From Torpedo marmorata (taxonomy: Eukaryota): a stretch of 64,000 nucleotides of DNA. A program made the translations under genes and the position numbers. Below are positions 35,116-49,493 of this stretch, one piece after another. The notes beneath the pieces are model-generated. The model saw nothing but the letters and a program-made list of their open reading frames with translations. It was not told where the DNA came from and ran no database searches. How positions within the stretch are numbered: the first letter of the stretch is position 1; the number at the start of each line of letters is the position of its first letter. The stretch is from positions 25,296,001 through 25,360,000 of the forward strand of contig OZ360233.1 of NCBI GenBank assembly GCA_977017645.1, in the 5' to 3' direction.

Positions 35116-38100
35116 AATGTGGAGCTTCCATTTTCCAGATGCAGGGAAGGAGGGTGAAAATGCCTTGCACCTTAACATTCAAATCTTGTTCCAGGCAAAA
35201 CCCTCCATGTTTTTGTGTGTGTGATGCAAGGCAATGTCCCTCTATCGGATCAATCTTAACTGACATTCAGGGATGGTGCTGTGCATCATTGTAAATATTC
35301 GAAAGGGAAGAGTGAAATGAACTGATTGGTATTGAACATATATAAGTGTGCCATTTTGTTGCTAACTCTTTAAATTTAAACATACAGCACGGTAACAGAC
35401 CCTTCCGGCCCAAGAGTCCCTGCCTCCCAAATACACCAATTAACCTACAAACCCTTGTACATTTTTGAACGGTGGGAGGACACTAGAGCACCCAGAGGAA
35501 ACCCCCGCAGACACGGGGAGAACGTATAAACTCATGACAAACAGCGCCAGATTCGAATCCGGGTCGCTGGTGCTGTAATAGCGCTGCACTAACCGCTATG
35601 CTAACCGTGCCGCATAGCAGATATAAATTCAGCCCGCAGCATCCACTGGCATCCTGACGTAACAGAGGGAGGAGCAATCCCCCATTCACACTATCCCTAT
35701 TCCTTGCCCATTTATTTGTGAACACTGTTGGTTCACTGTCACTCAGATCACTGACCCACTGCAGGACCAGATCACTTTTCTGGTCTGACTCCTGTTGAGG
35801 AGAACTGGAAGCCCTCGTTCTCATCCAGAGCCTGTGGGGCAGGAGGTAATGCAGGTGGATGGGGAAGGGTGGTGAACCCTTTCACAAACCTGAACCTGAG
35901 GCAGATTGGTGAGACTGAACACAGGGATCCAACTGGTGCCCTGTCTCCTCCTGTGCATTTAGTTGAAACACTTGGCAGCCAAAGTATCAACCGTGCCATT
36001 TTCATTCCAACCACTGAATTCATTCAAATGCAGAAATATATAATTCCTGAGTTGGCAAAGTGTTTGTTTAAATTCTGCCAAAAGATGAATATAATTAGCC
36101 ACTGGAATAGTATCAGCATTCTCCAACAATAAGGAGGATTGTCCCAACCCTGCCAGGCTTTCTGGCGGTGACTTCTCACCTGGGGCCACTGGACACTGAG
36201 TCTGTGTCACGACTGCAGGACAGGGCTGAACACCTTGCAATTCTTCATATCAGGGCACTGCTGATTGAACCCAAAATCACAAATCATTGGCCAAACTCTG
36301 ACCAATCTCTAATTATAGTTGGTAACAGTCCTCTATTTCTACAATAAACTTTGAAAGAAATTGGCTTCGAACTTATTCAGGTTGAAATGGAAAGAAACAG
36401 AGAACAGTGCTAATTTGGTGCTGAAGAAAAGGTTCTGAGAAGCAGCTCCTCTGCACTGAACATAAGCTCACTTGGAGCCAAAAATGTTGTCCCCTGATAT
36501 CATTGCAGGTTTCAATCTTAACATCCATTCCCCACCAGTCTTGAAGAGCGATTTTAGTCAATGTCGACCAGAGTGAATGTGTGTGTGTGGATGGTGTGCA
36601 GAAAGCCATGAGCTGAGGGATATCTGAAGTGATGGTGCAGCTTTGGTGGACAATTGACAATGCAGAACATGTGCGATAACTTATCAATCCTTCTCTCCTC
36701 ATCCAATGAATCAGGAATGAAATTGGGGGAAAATTTCTCTCTGCAGAAATAATAACCAGACGGAGACCTCTGGCATGATTCTGCACTGCCAATGCAACTA
36801 ATCCTTCTTCCATGCCAGATGGTCATCAACGAGCTCTTTCAAATAGTCCATGAAATATCTGATGCCTGCAAGTATGGAACGGCAGTTAACATAGACTGTC
36901 TACACCGAGGCAGGATCGGGACCAACATCCTGAGGGATCATTTGCTCCTTCTGTTGGGGAGAGTTTAAGGTTTAAGCTAATGTGGAAGGGGGTGGGAATC
37001 CAGGCACAGAGACAGAGGGAAGCAATGCAGAGACCAAAGCAAAAGTAAGAAAAAAGTAAGAGTGGAGTGCAGAAAAGTCAAATGTAAATGAGACAAAGAT
37101 TACGAGAGCCTGAAAGGACAATGAGCGTAGGGCACTTTACCTGAATGCCAGTAGTATTAAAAAAGAATCAGTGAATTTGTGGCACAAATAAGTACAAACG
37201 TGCATGATTTAGTCTCCAGTATGAGTCTTTTTGTGATGGGGTGATGAATCCAGTGGCAGATTTAAATTTAAATTTTGACATACAGCGCGGTAACAGGTCC
37301 TTTCGGCCCACGAGCCTGTGCCGCCCAACTACACCCGATTGACCTACAACCCTCGGTACGTTTTTTGAACTGTGGAAGGAAACCAGAGCACCCGGAGGAA
37401 ACCCACGCAGACACAGGGAGAACATACAAACTCCTTATAGACCGTGCGGGTTTCGATCCCCGGTCTCGATCGCTGGAGCTGTCAGAGCGGAAGCTGACCA
37501 TGCCACCCTGGAATTCTTTGAGGATATAATGAAAGCAATGGATCGAGGGGAAGAAAAAATAGATCAGGTTATTATTAAAATGGTGAATAATTACAGTATG
37601 CTCTCATGCAGAGGGAGTTGGCAGTGCTTGTGAATGAATCACAAAGGTTAATTTGCAGATGCAAGAGGTAATGAAGAAGGGAAATGGGATGTGGGCCTTC
37701 GCTGCTGGAGGGATTGAATTGAAGAGAGGTAGGATCTGCTGCAACTGTACAGGGTACTGGTGAAACCGCACCTGGAGTACTGTGTGCAGTTCGAGTCTCC
37801 TTTTTAAAAAAAATATTTTATTTAAAATTTTTAAATCACGAAATACATAAAGTAAAATATAAAATTATGAAATTATTTGTGATACATTTTCACCCCCCCT
37901 CCCTACCCTCCCCAACCCTCCCAACCCCACTAATCTAATAAAAATATAAAATAAAAATAGAAAAAGAAAAAAAAGAAAGAAAGAGAAGGATAGAGTTAGG
38001 GGAATGCCAATCTATAAACTACTTCTATTATGGAGGTCAAGTATGCCAGTAGACCCAATACCCAGAGACCTTCAAATTCTTAAGCCAACAGCTCTCATAT

Positions 38101-39090
38101 ATGGGCTCCAAATTTAAAAAAAAAAAGATATTTGTTACGTAAATTATAAGTAATTTTTTTCAAGTGGTATACACGAACGAAGTTCTGCATGCCATCTTTC
38201 TAATCCTAAATCTAAATCAGATTTCCATGTAATAGCAATACATTTCTTTGAAACAGCTAAAGCAATTTGCAAAAATTCTATTTGATACATATTTAATTTC
38301 ATCTTAAGACTTAATTTTCTAATATCTCCAAACAAAAATATCATAGGATCCATTGGAAACGTAATTTTAAATACTTTATCTAAAAAATTTTTAACTTTCA
38401 ACCAAAAATCATAAACTTTTGGAGAAAACCATGTAGAATGTACAAAAGATCCTTCTTCTTTATTACATCTAAAACATAAACCTAATAATGTCGCATTAAA
38501 TTTCTTTAATTTTTTAGGTGTTAAATATAATTGATGAAAAAAATGTATAGTACTAATCTATATCTAACATTAATAATCTTCATCATACTTAATTGAGATA
38601 ATTCTTTCCAATGATATTCATCTATTCTTACATTCAAATCTAATTCCCATTTTAATCTTGATTTATGTAATCCTACTTTAGGCATTTTCCTCTGAAACAA
38701 TTTATACATTTGAGAAATAAATTTATTAACATCTCCATTAGTAACTAATAATTCTAATTCATTTTGTCTTGGTAAAATCAAAGCATAACCTAATTTCTCA
38801 ATCAAAAAAGCTCTAATTTGATAATAAGCAAAAAGTGTATTATCTAATATATTAAATTTATCTTTCATTCTTTGAAAAGTAATAAATTTCCCAGCTTCAA
38901 AACAGTCATTAATCTTCTTAATTCCTTTTTGAAACCAAATTTTGAATAATTGATTATTAATAGTAAATGGAATAAGTCCATTTTGATATAAAGGCATCCT
39001 TGAAGAAATCAATCCTTTTCCTCTTATTTCCTTATCCGTCTTATCCATATTTCTAACAAATGTTTAAAAATAGGCAAATTTTTCTTTCTT

Positions 39091-42000
39091 TTTTAAAAAT
39101 ATTTTATTTAAAATTTTAAATCACAAGATACATAAAATAGAATATAAAATTATCAAAATATATGTGATACATTTTCACCCCCCCTCCACTCCCTAACCCC
39201 CCATCCCCACTAAACTAATAAAAATAAAAGTAAAAATAAAAGAAAGAAAGAAAAAGATAAGAGTGAGGGGAATGCCATCTATAAACTAATTCTATTATGG
39301 AGGTCAAAAATGCCAGTGGATCCGATATCCAGAGATCATCAAATCCTTAAACCCACAGCCTTCATATATGGGCTCCAAATTTTTAAGAAAAAATGATATT
39401 TATTACGTAAATTATAAGTAATTTTTTCAAGTGGTATACACGAACGAAGTTCTGCATGCCATCTTTCTCACCCTAAATCTACATCAGATTTCCAAGTAAT
39501 AGCAATGCATTTTTTTGAAACAGCTAAAGCAATTCGCAAAAATTCTACTTGATACATATTTAATTTCTTCTTAATACTAAATTTTTTAATATCTCCAAAC
39601 AAAAATATCATAGGATCCATTGGAAATGTAATTTTAAATACTTTATCTAAAAAATGTTTAACTTTCAACCAAAAATCATAAACTTTTGGACAAAACCATG
39701 TACAATGTACAAAAGACCCTTCCTCTTTATTACATCTAAAACATAAATCTGATAATGCCGGATTAAATTTCTTTAATTTTCATAATTGATGAAAAAAATT
39801 ATATTGTAGTAGCTTCATCTTTTAATTCTAAAGCGAGAGGAGTAGCGATTTTAATCAATAAAAAATTACCATTTAAAATACAATCAGTAGTGACGGATAT
39901 AGCTGGTAGATATGTTTTAGTGCATTGTCAAATTTATTCAGAAATATGGACCTTTTAAAATTTATATATTACAAACCCAGAGGATGAACAATTTATTCAA
40001 GATACTTTTTTACATTTATCTGAGGCTAAGGAAAATATTTTAATTGGAGGAGATTTCAATTGTTGTCTTAATGCAAATATGGATAAAACATCTAGAACAT
40101 CTGTTAGACCTAAGATAGTTAAAAGAATTATTAATTTAATGGATGATCTAAATTTAGTAGATATTTGGAGAAAGTTAAACCCTAGAGAAAAAGATTATTC
40201 ATTTTATTCCTTTCGACATAATTCATTCTCAAGGATTGATTTATTCTTAATATCTTCACAAATTCAAGATAGAATAACTCAAATTTCTTATAAAGCAAGA
40301 ATAATTTCGGACCATTCACCTTTATTAATGATATGTATAATTCCAGAGAAAGAAAAAACTGTATATAACTGGAGATTAGACCCTTCTTTATTAAATAGAA
40401 AAGATTTCTGTGAATATATAAGAAAAGAAATTCAGGAATTTTTAAGAATTAATAATAATTCAGTTGATGATAAGTTTATAATTTGGGAATCTTTAAAAGC
40501 ATATTTAAGAGGATTGATAATAAGCTTCTCGGCAAAAATCAGAAAAGATTATGTGAAAGAAGAAGAAAAACTGGAGGGAGAAATTGAAGTTATGGAAAAA
40601 GATTTTCAAAGAAATAAAACAATTTTTAAGAGACAACGTTTAATTGGGAAAAAATTACATTATAATATATTACAAACTCGAAAAATAGAAAAATTAATTG
40701 GTAGAACAAAGCAAAGATATTATGAATTGGGAGAAAGAGCACATAAAGTTTTAGCATGGCAATTAAAGAAAGAACAAGTTTCTAAAACTATAAATGCTAT
40801 AAAGAAAAGTACTGGAGAAATAACTTATAAACCTCAAGAAATAAATAATTCATTTAAAGAGTATTATCAAAATTTATATACTTCGCAAATGAATCAAGAT
40901 GTTGTAAAAATTGATGATTTTTTAGCCAAAATTACATTGCCCAAATTAAATAGTTTTAATAGAGATTTGTTAGATTTACCAATTACAATGAGAGAAGTAG
41001 GTGAGGCTTTATCATCATTGAATAGTGGTAAATCTCCCGGTGATGATGGATTTCCTGTAGAGTTTTATAAGAAGTTTAAAGATTTATTGATACCTATATA
41101 TATGGAAGTATTAACTCAAATAAGGGAAACTCATTCATTACCGAAAACATTTTTAAATGCTATTATTACAGTTATACCAAAGAAAGATAGATGTATTAAA
41201 AACTGAATCGTATAGGCCTATATCATTGTTAAATGTAGATTATAAATTAATGGCAAAAATCTTGACAAATAGATTAGCTAAGTTTTTACCATTTTTAATA
41301 CATCCAGATCAAGCAGGATTTATCAAAAATAGATATTCAAAGGATAATATAGCAAGATTAATAAGTTTGATTAATTTACAAAAAAAGAAACAGGATTTGC
41401 CGTTAGTGATAGCATTAGATGCAGAAAAAGCATTTGATAGACTAGAATGGAAGTTTTTATTTAAGGTTTTAGAGAAATATGGATTTGGAAATACGTTTAT
41501 AAACTGGATTAAGACTATATATAAGGAACCTACAGCCAGAGTAATTACAAATGGTCAAATATCATCTAAATTCTCTTTGACGCGGTCAACAAGACAAGGA
41601 TGTCCATTGTCACCTGCTTTATTTGTATTGGTAATAGAACCGTTGGCGGAAATGATTAGGAAAGATATTAATATAAATGGGATAAAAGTAGGTGCAGAAG
41701 ATCATAAAATTAGTTTGTTTGCAGATGATGTATTAATATATATGACAAAGTCTATTAAATCACTTCAACAATTAGATAAAATATTGAGGGATTATGGTGA
41801 AATATCTGGATATAAAATAAATTCGGATAAAAGTGAGATAATGGCTTTATCTCAAGGAGACTATACTAAATGTAAAGAAGTTACAAAATTTAAATGGGCT
41901 AAAGAAGCTATTAAATATTTGGGAGTTAAAGTGGATACAAAGTTAGAAAATTTATATAAATTAAATTACATACCTTTATTTCAGAAAATAAAGAAGGATT

Positions 42001-44897
42001 TGGATAATTGGAAAGATTTACCCATAACTTTAATGGGAAGAGTGAATTGTATTAAAATGAATATTTTTCCAAGAGTTCAATATCAATATTCCTCAAAATT
42101 TTTTTAAAGATTTAAAAATTATTATTAGAAAGTTTCTATGGAAAGGAAAATTGGCAAGAGTAAGTATAGATAAATTAACTTGGGAATACGAAATGGGTGG
42201 ATTACAACTTCCTAATTTTCAATATTATTATAAGGCAGCACAATTAAAATTTATAAATGAACTATTTGATTTAACTAAAAACACGGCTTGGATTAATATA
42301 GAATTGAGTAATATAGGAGAAAGAAATAAGGAAGATATTATTTATAAATGGAATTCTAAATTATTATTGATTAAAAAGAAAAAGTCACCGATTATTAAAC
42401 ATCTATTGGAAATTTGGAATCAATTAGATAATGAAATAGGACGAAAAGGATCAATTTCTTTAAATATGCCATTATATCAGAATTTATTATTACCATTTTC
42501 TATTGATAATCAATTTTTAAAATTATGGTATCAAAAAGGAATTAAGAAGATCAAAGATTGTTTTGAGGCAGGAAGATTTGTTACTTTTACTAGATTGAAA
42601 GAAAAATTTGGAATAATGGATAATACAATTTTGGCTTATTATCAAGTTAAAGGATTTTTAGTTGAGAAATTAGGGAATCAATTAATATCCCCTAGACAAG
42701 ATGGGTTAGAGTTATTAATTACTAATGGAAATGTTAACAAATTTATATCGCAAATGTATAAATTACTTCAGAAAAAAATGCTTAAAGTAGGACTACATAA
42801 ATCTAGATTAAATTGGGAATCAGATCTAAATACTAGTATAGATGAACAACACTGGAAAGAACTATGTAAACTGAGTATGACTAAGATTATTAATGTTAGA
42901 TATAGATTAGTACAATATAATTTTTTTCATCAATTATATATAACACCTAAAAAATTAAAGAAATTCAATTCGGCATTGTCAGATATGTGTTTTAGATGTA
43001 AAGATGAAATAGGTTCTTTTGTACATTGTACATGGTCGTGTTTGAAAATTAAAAATTTTTGGTCTAAAGTCAAGGATTTTTTAGATAGAATTCTTAATAT
43101 TACGATTCCAATGGATCCTATGATATTTCTGTTTGGAGATATTAAAAAAATCAGTATTAGAAATAGATTGAATATGTATCAAATAGAATTTTTACGAATT
43201 GTGTTAGCAATTTCAAAAAAATGTATTGCTATTACTTGGAAATCAGACTTAGATTTAAATTTGGATAGATTACATGCAGAGTTACGCTCGTGTATACCAT
43301 TGGAAAAAATTACGTATAATTTACGAGACAAATATCATTTCTTTCTGAAAATTTGGAGCCCATACATGAGAATTATGGGTATGAATTAATTCTCTAGAAG
43401 TTAGTACCGCTGACAAAGTAACCTCCAATATACAAGTAGAGTTAGCTTGAAATAGTTTTCTCCTCACACTAACACTAACTTTCTTAACTTTATTATTCAA
43501 TCTATTTCTTTTCTTTTAACTAACATTTTTATATTCTATTTTTTTTTTTTTTTATTAGATAGCGTGGGAGGGTTGGGGAGGGGAGGGTGGGAAGGGGGGG
43601 TGGTAATATATCACATGTATTTTCAATAATACACTATTTTTTTTGATATATGTATTTTGTGATTTTAAAAAATTAAATAAAATTATTTTAAAAAAATAAA
43701 AAAAAATTATATTGAACTTATCTATATCTAACGTTGATAATCTTCGTCATACTTAATTTACATAATTCTTTCCAGTGATTTTCGTCTATATTTACATTCA
43801 GATCTAATTCCCATTTTAATCTTGATTTATGCAGTCCTACTTTAGGCATTTTCCTCTGAAACAATTTATACATTTGAGAAATAAATTTATTAATATCTCC
43901 ATTAGTAACTAATAATTCTAATTCATTTTGTCTTGGTAAAGTCAAAGCATAACCTAATTTCTCAGTCAAAAAAGCTTTAATTTGATAATAAGCCAGAAAA
44001 GTATTATCTAATACATTAAATTTATCTTTCATTCTTTGAAACGTAATAAATTTCCCAGCTTCAAAACAATCACTAATCTTCTTAACTCCTTTTTGAAACC
44101 AAATTTTAAATAATTGATTATTAATAGTAAATGGAATAAGTTCATTTTGATATAAAGGCATCTTTGAAGAAATTAATCCTTTTGCTCCTATTTCCTTATC
44201 CGTCTTATTCCATATTTCTAACAAATGTTTAAAAATGGGCGAATTCTTCTTTTTTATTGATATTAATTTAGAATCCCATTTATAAATAATTTCTTCTTTG
44301 AGATCTTCTCCTATATTATTTAATTCTATCTTAATCCAAGCAGAAGATTTAGTTGAATCAAAAAAATTCATTGACAAATTTTAATTGAGCTGCTTTATAA
44401 TAATTTTGAAAATTAGGAAGTTGTAAACCACCCATTACATAATTCCAAGTTAATTTTTCCATACCTACTCTTGCTAACTTTCCTTTCCATAAAAATTTCC
44501 TAATATTTAAATTTAAATCTTTAAAAGATTTTTGAGGAATTCCATAAGGAATTGATTGAAAAATATAAAAGTAAACACGAAAATCTGTAGACACCTTGGA
44601 TGAAGTAAAAAACACAAAAGCTGGAGAACTCAGCAGGTCAAACAGTGTCTTTTATGTAGCAAAGGTAGAAATACATAACCGACGTTTCAGGCTTGAGCCC
44701 TTCTTCAAAGTATACTGAATTCTTGGAAAAATATTCATTTTAATACAATTTACCCTTCCCATTAAAGTTATAGGTAAATCTTTCCAATTCTCTAAATCTT
44801 TCTTTATTTTCGCAAATAATGGTAAATAATTTAATTTATATAAATTATCCAATTTTATATCAACCTTTACTCCCAAATATTTAATACCCTCCTTTGG
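39091..44897 (-). mobile_element. Second L1 3' fragment nested in the outer L1
   Basis: New poly-T/3'UTR begins at 39091; near-duplicated target aattttt(t)ctttctt on both sides; ORF2 pieces 39468-39668 and 43718-44876. Confidence 0.8.
39808..43700 (+). mobile_element. Third L1, near-complete but frameshifted ORF2, nested in the second
   Basis: Starts in EN (SSFNSKARGVAIL); ORFs 40079-43389; TSD aaaaaaattatattg at 39792-39806 and 43701-43715. Confidence 0.9.
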
Positions 44898-46473
44898 AAT
44901 TTTTCTTTCTTGTTGATATTAATTTAGAATCCCATTTATAAATAATTTCTTCTTTGGAATCTTCTCCTATATTACTTAATTCTATTTTAATCCAAGCAGA
45001 AGATTAAGTTGAATCAAAAAATTCATTAATAAATTTTAGTTGAGCTGCTTTATAATAATTTTGGAAATTAGGAAGTTGTAAACCACCCATTTCATAATTC
45101 CAAGTTAATTTTTCCATACCTACTCTTGCTAACTTTCCTTTCAATAAAAATTTTCTAATAATTGAATTTAAATCTTAAAATTTTTTTTGAGGAATTCCAT
45201 AAGGAATTGATTGAAAAAGATATTGAATTCTTAGCAAAACATTCATTTTAATACAGTTTACTCTTCCCATTAAAGTTATAGGTAAATTTTTCCAATTTTC
45301 TAAATCTTTCTTTATTTTCACAAATAATGGTAAATAATTTAATTTATATAAATTAGTCAATTTTGTATCGACCCTTATTCCCAAATATTTAATTCCTTCC
45401 TTTGCCCATTTAAATTGTGTGATTTCTTTACATTTACTATAATCCTCTTGTGATAATGCCATAATTTCACTTTTATCAGAGTTAATCTTATATCCAGATA
45501 TTTCCCCATATTCTCTCAATAACAGAGACAATTGTACTAAGGATGTAGTAGATTTTGCCATATATATCAATACATCATCTGCAAACAAACTAATTTTATG
45601 TTCTTCCATTCCAACGTTAATACCAACTATTTTAGGATCTTTTCTAACTAATTCTGCCAAAGGTTCTATCGCCAAAATAAATAATGCTGGTGACAAAGGA
45701 CATCCTTGTCTAGTAGATCGAGTCAAAGGAAATCTTGAAGAAGGTTGTCCATTTGTAACTACTTTAGCTGATGGTTCTTTATATATAGTTTTAATCCAAT
45801 TAATAAATGTATTTCCAAAACCAAATTTCTCCAATACCTTAAATAAAAAATTCCACTCTAATCTATCAAAAGCCTTTTCAGCATCTAAAGATAAAACTAA
45901 TGGTAAATCTTCCTTCTTTTTATGTAAATTGATTAAACTAATCAATCTAGCTATATTATCTTTTGAATATCTATTTTTAATAAAACCAGCTTGATCTACA
46001 TGAATTAAGTCTGGTAAATAACTAGCCATTCTATTTGCTAAAATCTTTGCCATTATCTTGTAATCTAAATTTAATAATGAAATAGGTCTATAAGATTCAG
46101 TTTTAAATACATCTCTATCTGTTTTTGGTATGACTATAATTATTGCATTTTAAAAAGTATCTGGTAAAGAGTGAGTTTCCGTAATTTGATTCAATATACC
46201 TCCATATATGGAGGTATTTCGAGTCTCCTTACTGGTTTGGAAGCGGTGCAGAGGAGGTTCATCAGGTTGATTCCATAGATGAAAGGGTCAGCCTGTAAGG
46301 GGAGATTGAGTCACTGGGACTATAGTCGCTGGAATTAAGAAGAATGAGAGGGGAACTTTCAGAAACGTAAAATTATGAAAGGGATAGATCGTATCATGGC
46401 AGAAAATTTATTTCCACTGGTAGGTGAGACTATATCGAGGGAACCTAACCTCAAGGTTAAGGGCAGTAGATTA

Positions 46474-47251
46474 TTAATGTTAGATATAGATTAGTACAAT
46501 ATAATTTTTTTCATCAATTATATTTAACACCTAAAAAACTAAAGAAATTTAATCCGACATTATCAGGTTTATGTTTTAGATGTAATAAAGAAGAAGGTTC
46601 TTTTGTACATTCTACATGGTTTTGTCCAAAAGTTTATGATTTTTGGTTGAAAGTTAAAAAATTTTTAGATAAAGTATTTAAGATTACATTTCCAATGGAT
46701 CCTATGATACTTTTGTTCGGAGATATTAGAAAATTTAGTATTAAGATGAAATTAAATATGTATCAAATAGAATTTTTGCGAATTGCTTTAGCTGTTTCAA
46801 AGAAATGTATTGCTATTACTTGGAAATCTGATTTAGGATTAGAAAGATGGCATGCAGAACTTCGTTCGTGTATACCACTTGAAAAAATTACTTATAATTT
46901 ACGTAATAAATACCATTTTTCTTAAAAATTTGGAGCCCATATATGAAAGTTGTTGGTTTAAGAATTTGAAGATCTCTGGGTATCGGATCTGCTGACATAC
47001 CTGACCTCCACAATAGAATTAGTTTATAGATGTATGTTTTTTAGATTGGCATCCTCCTTACTCTATCTTTTTCTTTCTTTTTTTTTCTTTCTCTATTTGT
47101 ATTTTATATTTTTTATTTTTATTAGATTAGTAGGGTTGGGGAGGGGAGGGTGGGAGGGGGGGTGAAAATGTATCACAAATATTTTGATAATTTCATATTT
47201 TATTTTATGTATTTTGTGATTTAAAATTTTAAATAAAATATTTTTTTAAAA
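46474..47251 (+). mobile_element. Short L1 3' fragment inserted in CR1
   Basis: 21-bp TSD aaggtt(a/c)agggcagtagatta at 46453-46473 and 47252-47272. Confidence 0.88.
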
Positions 47252-49106
47252 AAGGTTCAGGGCAGTAGATTAAAGATGTAAGTGAGGATTAATTCCTTTT
47301 GACAGAGAGGATTGTATTCACTGGAATTAAGAAAAATGAGAGGGGATCTTATAGAAATATGCAAAATTATAAAACAGATAGATAACAGCGGCAGGAATGT
47401 TCCTCCTCTGACAGGTGAAAGTCAAACAAGGGGACATCTCATGAAGACGGAGGAGTATATTTAGGACAGAGATGATGAGGAACTGCTTTTCAGAGAGCGT
47501 AGCAAATCTGTGGAATTCCCTGTTAAAGGAAGTTGTGGAGACCTGTTCATTAGATCTATTCAAGATAGATTTTTGCGTTGTTGGGGAATCAAGGGTTATG
47601 GGGAACAGACAGGTATTTGGAACTGAGTCCAGGTCCAGTTCAGCTATGATCTTGTTGGATGGCGGAGCAGGCTCAATGGCCTACTCCTGCTCCTATTTAT
47701 GTTCTTTGGTATACCAAACATACCAAGTATTTCACAGATAAACCTGATCCCAAGCCTGAGGACAGGTGCCCAGAAATGTGATTAAAACCATTTGAATCAT
47801 TCACACCATTTGGACCTCAGTGGCAAGGCCATCATTTCAGCCCATCCTGACCTATCCTTGAGGTGAACACTTGCTGGCTCATTCTGAGGACAGTCACAAG
47901 TGGTTCTGGAGTCACATAGTGGCCAGTCCACGAATGGATGGCAGATTTCCTACTCACAAGGAAAGAATGAATCAGATGGTTCAAAGAATCCAGCTCTTAT
48001 TGCCAGAGTTCTTGACACTGGATTTTGTGCAGAATCGATTGTAGAGAACTTGAACTCTCAACTGCTTTGTTAGGATTTGAACACATCTCCAGTCCAGCAG
48101 CTGAATCAATCTGCTACATTACCCCATATAGTCATTGCAAGGAGCAGTTTGAAGAAGGACAGATGGGATTCACTAAGGTTCAGTGAGTGAGTTCCAGTGC
48201 TTGTGACGGCTGAAGGCACAGTCACTGATGCTGTGACAACGGGAGTCCAACTTTCAGAGAGACCAGAGTGGAATTGAATTGTTTATTGCCATGTGTACTG
48301 AGACACAGAGAAAAACTTCATAATGCATGCTATCCAGGTAGGTCAAACCCTCCCAAGAACAGGAAGTAGTACAAGATAAAACAGAGTGTAGTTTAAAGAG
48401 AAAAGATCAGTGAGAACATTGTCAGTAATTCTGACAGTGTGAGAGTTGAAATTAAAGAGAGTGGACTGATTGTGGTGAATGCAAGGAGCGAATCCGCAAG
48501 GAACAGCTCACAAAATGTTGCTACTCTCACGCGCCGTGGAGAATCGTAATGTTTTTCAGAGGGTTGTTTTGTTGGTGAAACATACAGAGATGGCAAGAGG
48601 CATGACCACAGGAGATCTGAATGTCAGCACTGGAGTTTTCACACCAGAGGTATCCCAGGTTCAGTCTGAACAGAGAGGAGGGGCCTCACTCATTCAGCAG
48701 GCCCAATGTCATAAATCAGTCTGCAGACCCACACAGGTGCTGAGACAACAGGAATTCGTGCAATGTTTCCTCTGGTCACAAACTGCATCTTTCACCGCAT
48801 TTCACCTTCTGGAGATTGCACTTATTAACATTAGGGCAGCTAAACGTCCCTCAGCTTGGAAATATCTCACAGACCCTGCTGTGACCCGACTGGTTCCCAG
48901 CGAAATGTGCTCCTGGTGTTTGATTTTATTTTCTCAGTCAATGCTACAAGCAGAGATGAGCAACTCACCATTTAAAAAAACCCTGACTTCATTCTAATAT
49001 ACAGTTTACTGCAGATTGACTCTCAGTTTAAGTCTGGGCCGAAGTTGAGAAGCCAGCTGACACCAGACATAGTCCAGTTTGTAAGTTTTCTATTTCTCAT
49101 CTGCAG

Positions 49107-49405
49107 AATTGTCCGTCTTGTTACAAAATCCATCCACTGAAGAGATTTGGATCAACAAGACCGCTACTCTGGTGTGCCTGGTTGTGGGTGCTGATCTGAG
49201 CCAGGTCGAAATCTACTGGCAGGTGAGCGGAAGGGAGAGAATGAAAGGAAATGTGACCCAACAACCGAGCGAGGAAGGGACACTAAGCAGAGTGATCAGC
49301 CAATTCCAGACCAGTGTGGAGGAGTGGTGCAGTGGGGCAGTGTACACTTGTTCTGCCCAAGGACCTTCTTCATCCTCACCAGTGTCAGCACAGACAGTAC
49401 CAAAG
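49107..49405 (+). pseudogene. IgW: CH3-like exon, copy 1; a 4-nt deletion near the 3' end puts the donor out of phase
   Basis: cagacagtaccaaag versus cagacagagagtaccaaag in copies 2 and 3; 299 nt. Confidence 0.8.
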
Positions 49406-49493
49406 GTGGGCAAAATGTCAGCGATTAGATGGACAACATCTGTGACCTTGAGTAAAAATGTTTACGTCTCCTTTCTTTGCTCGTCTGTTCCAG

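Larger units (their letters stand above)
37803..46217 (-). mobile_element. L1 LINE (outer element, pieces 37803-39090 and about 44898-46217) inserted in a CR1 and containing nested L1s
   Basis: TSD ttcgagtctcctt at 37790-37802 and 46218-46230; ORF2 pieces 38144-39048 and 45175-46053. Confidence 0.88.
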
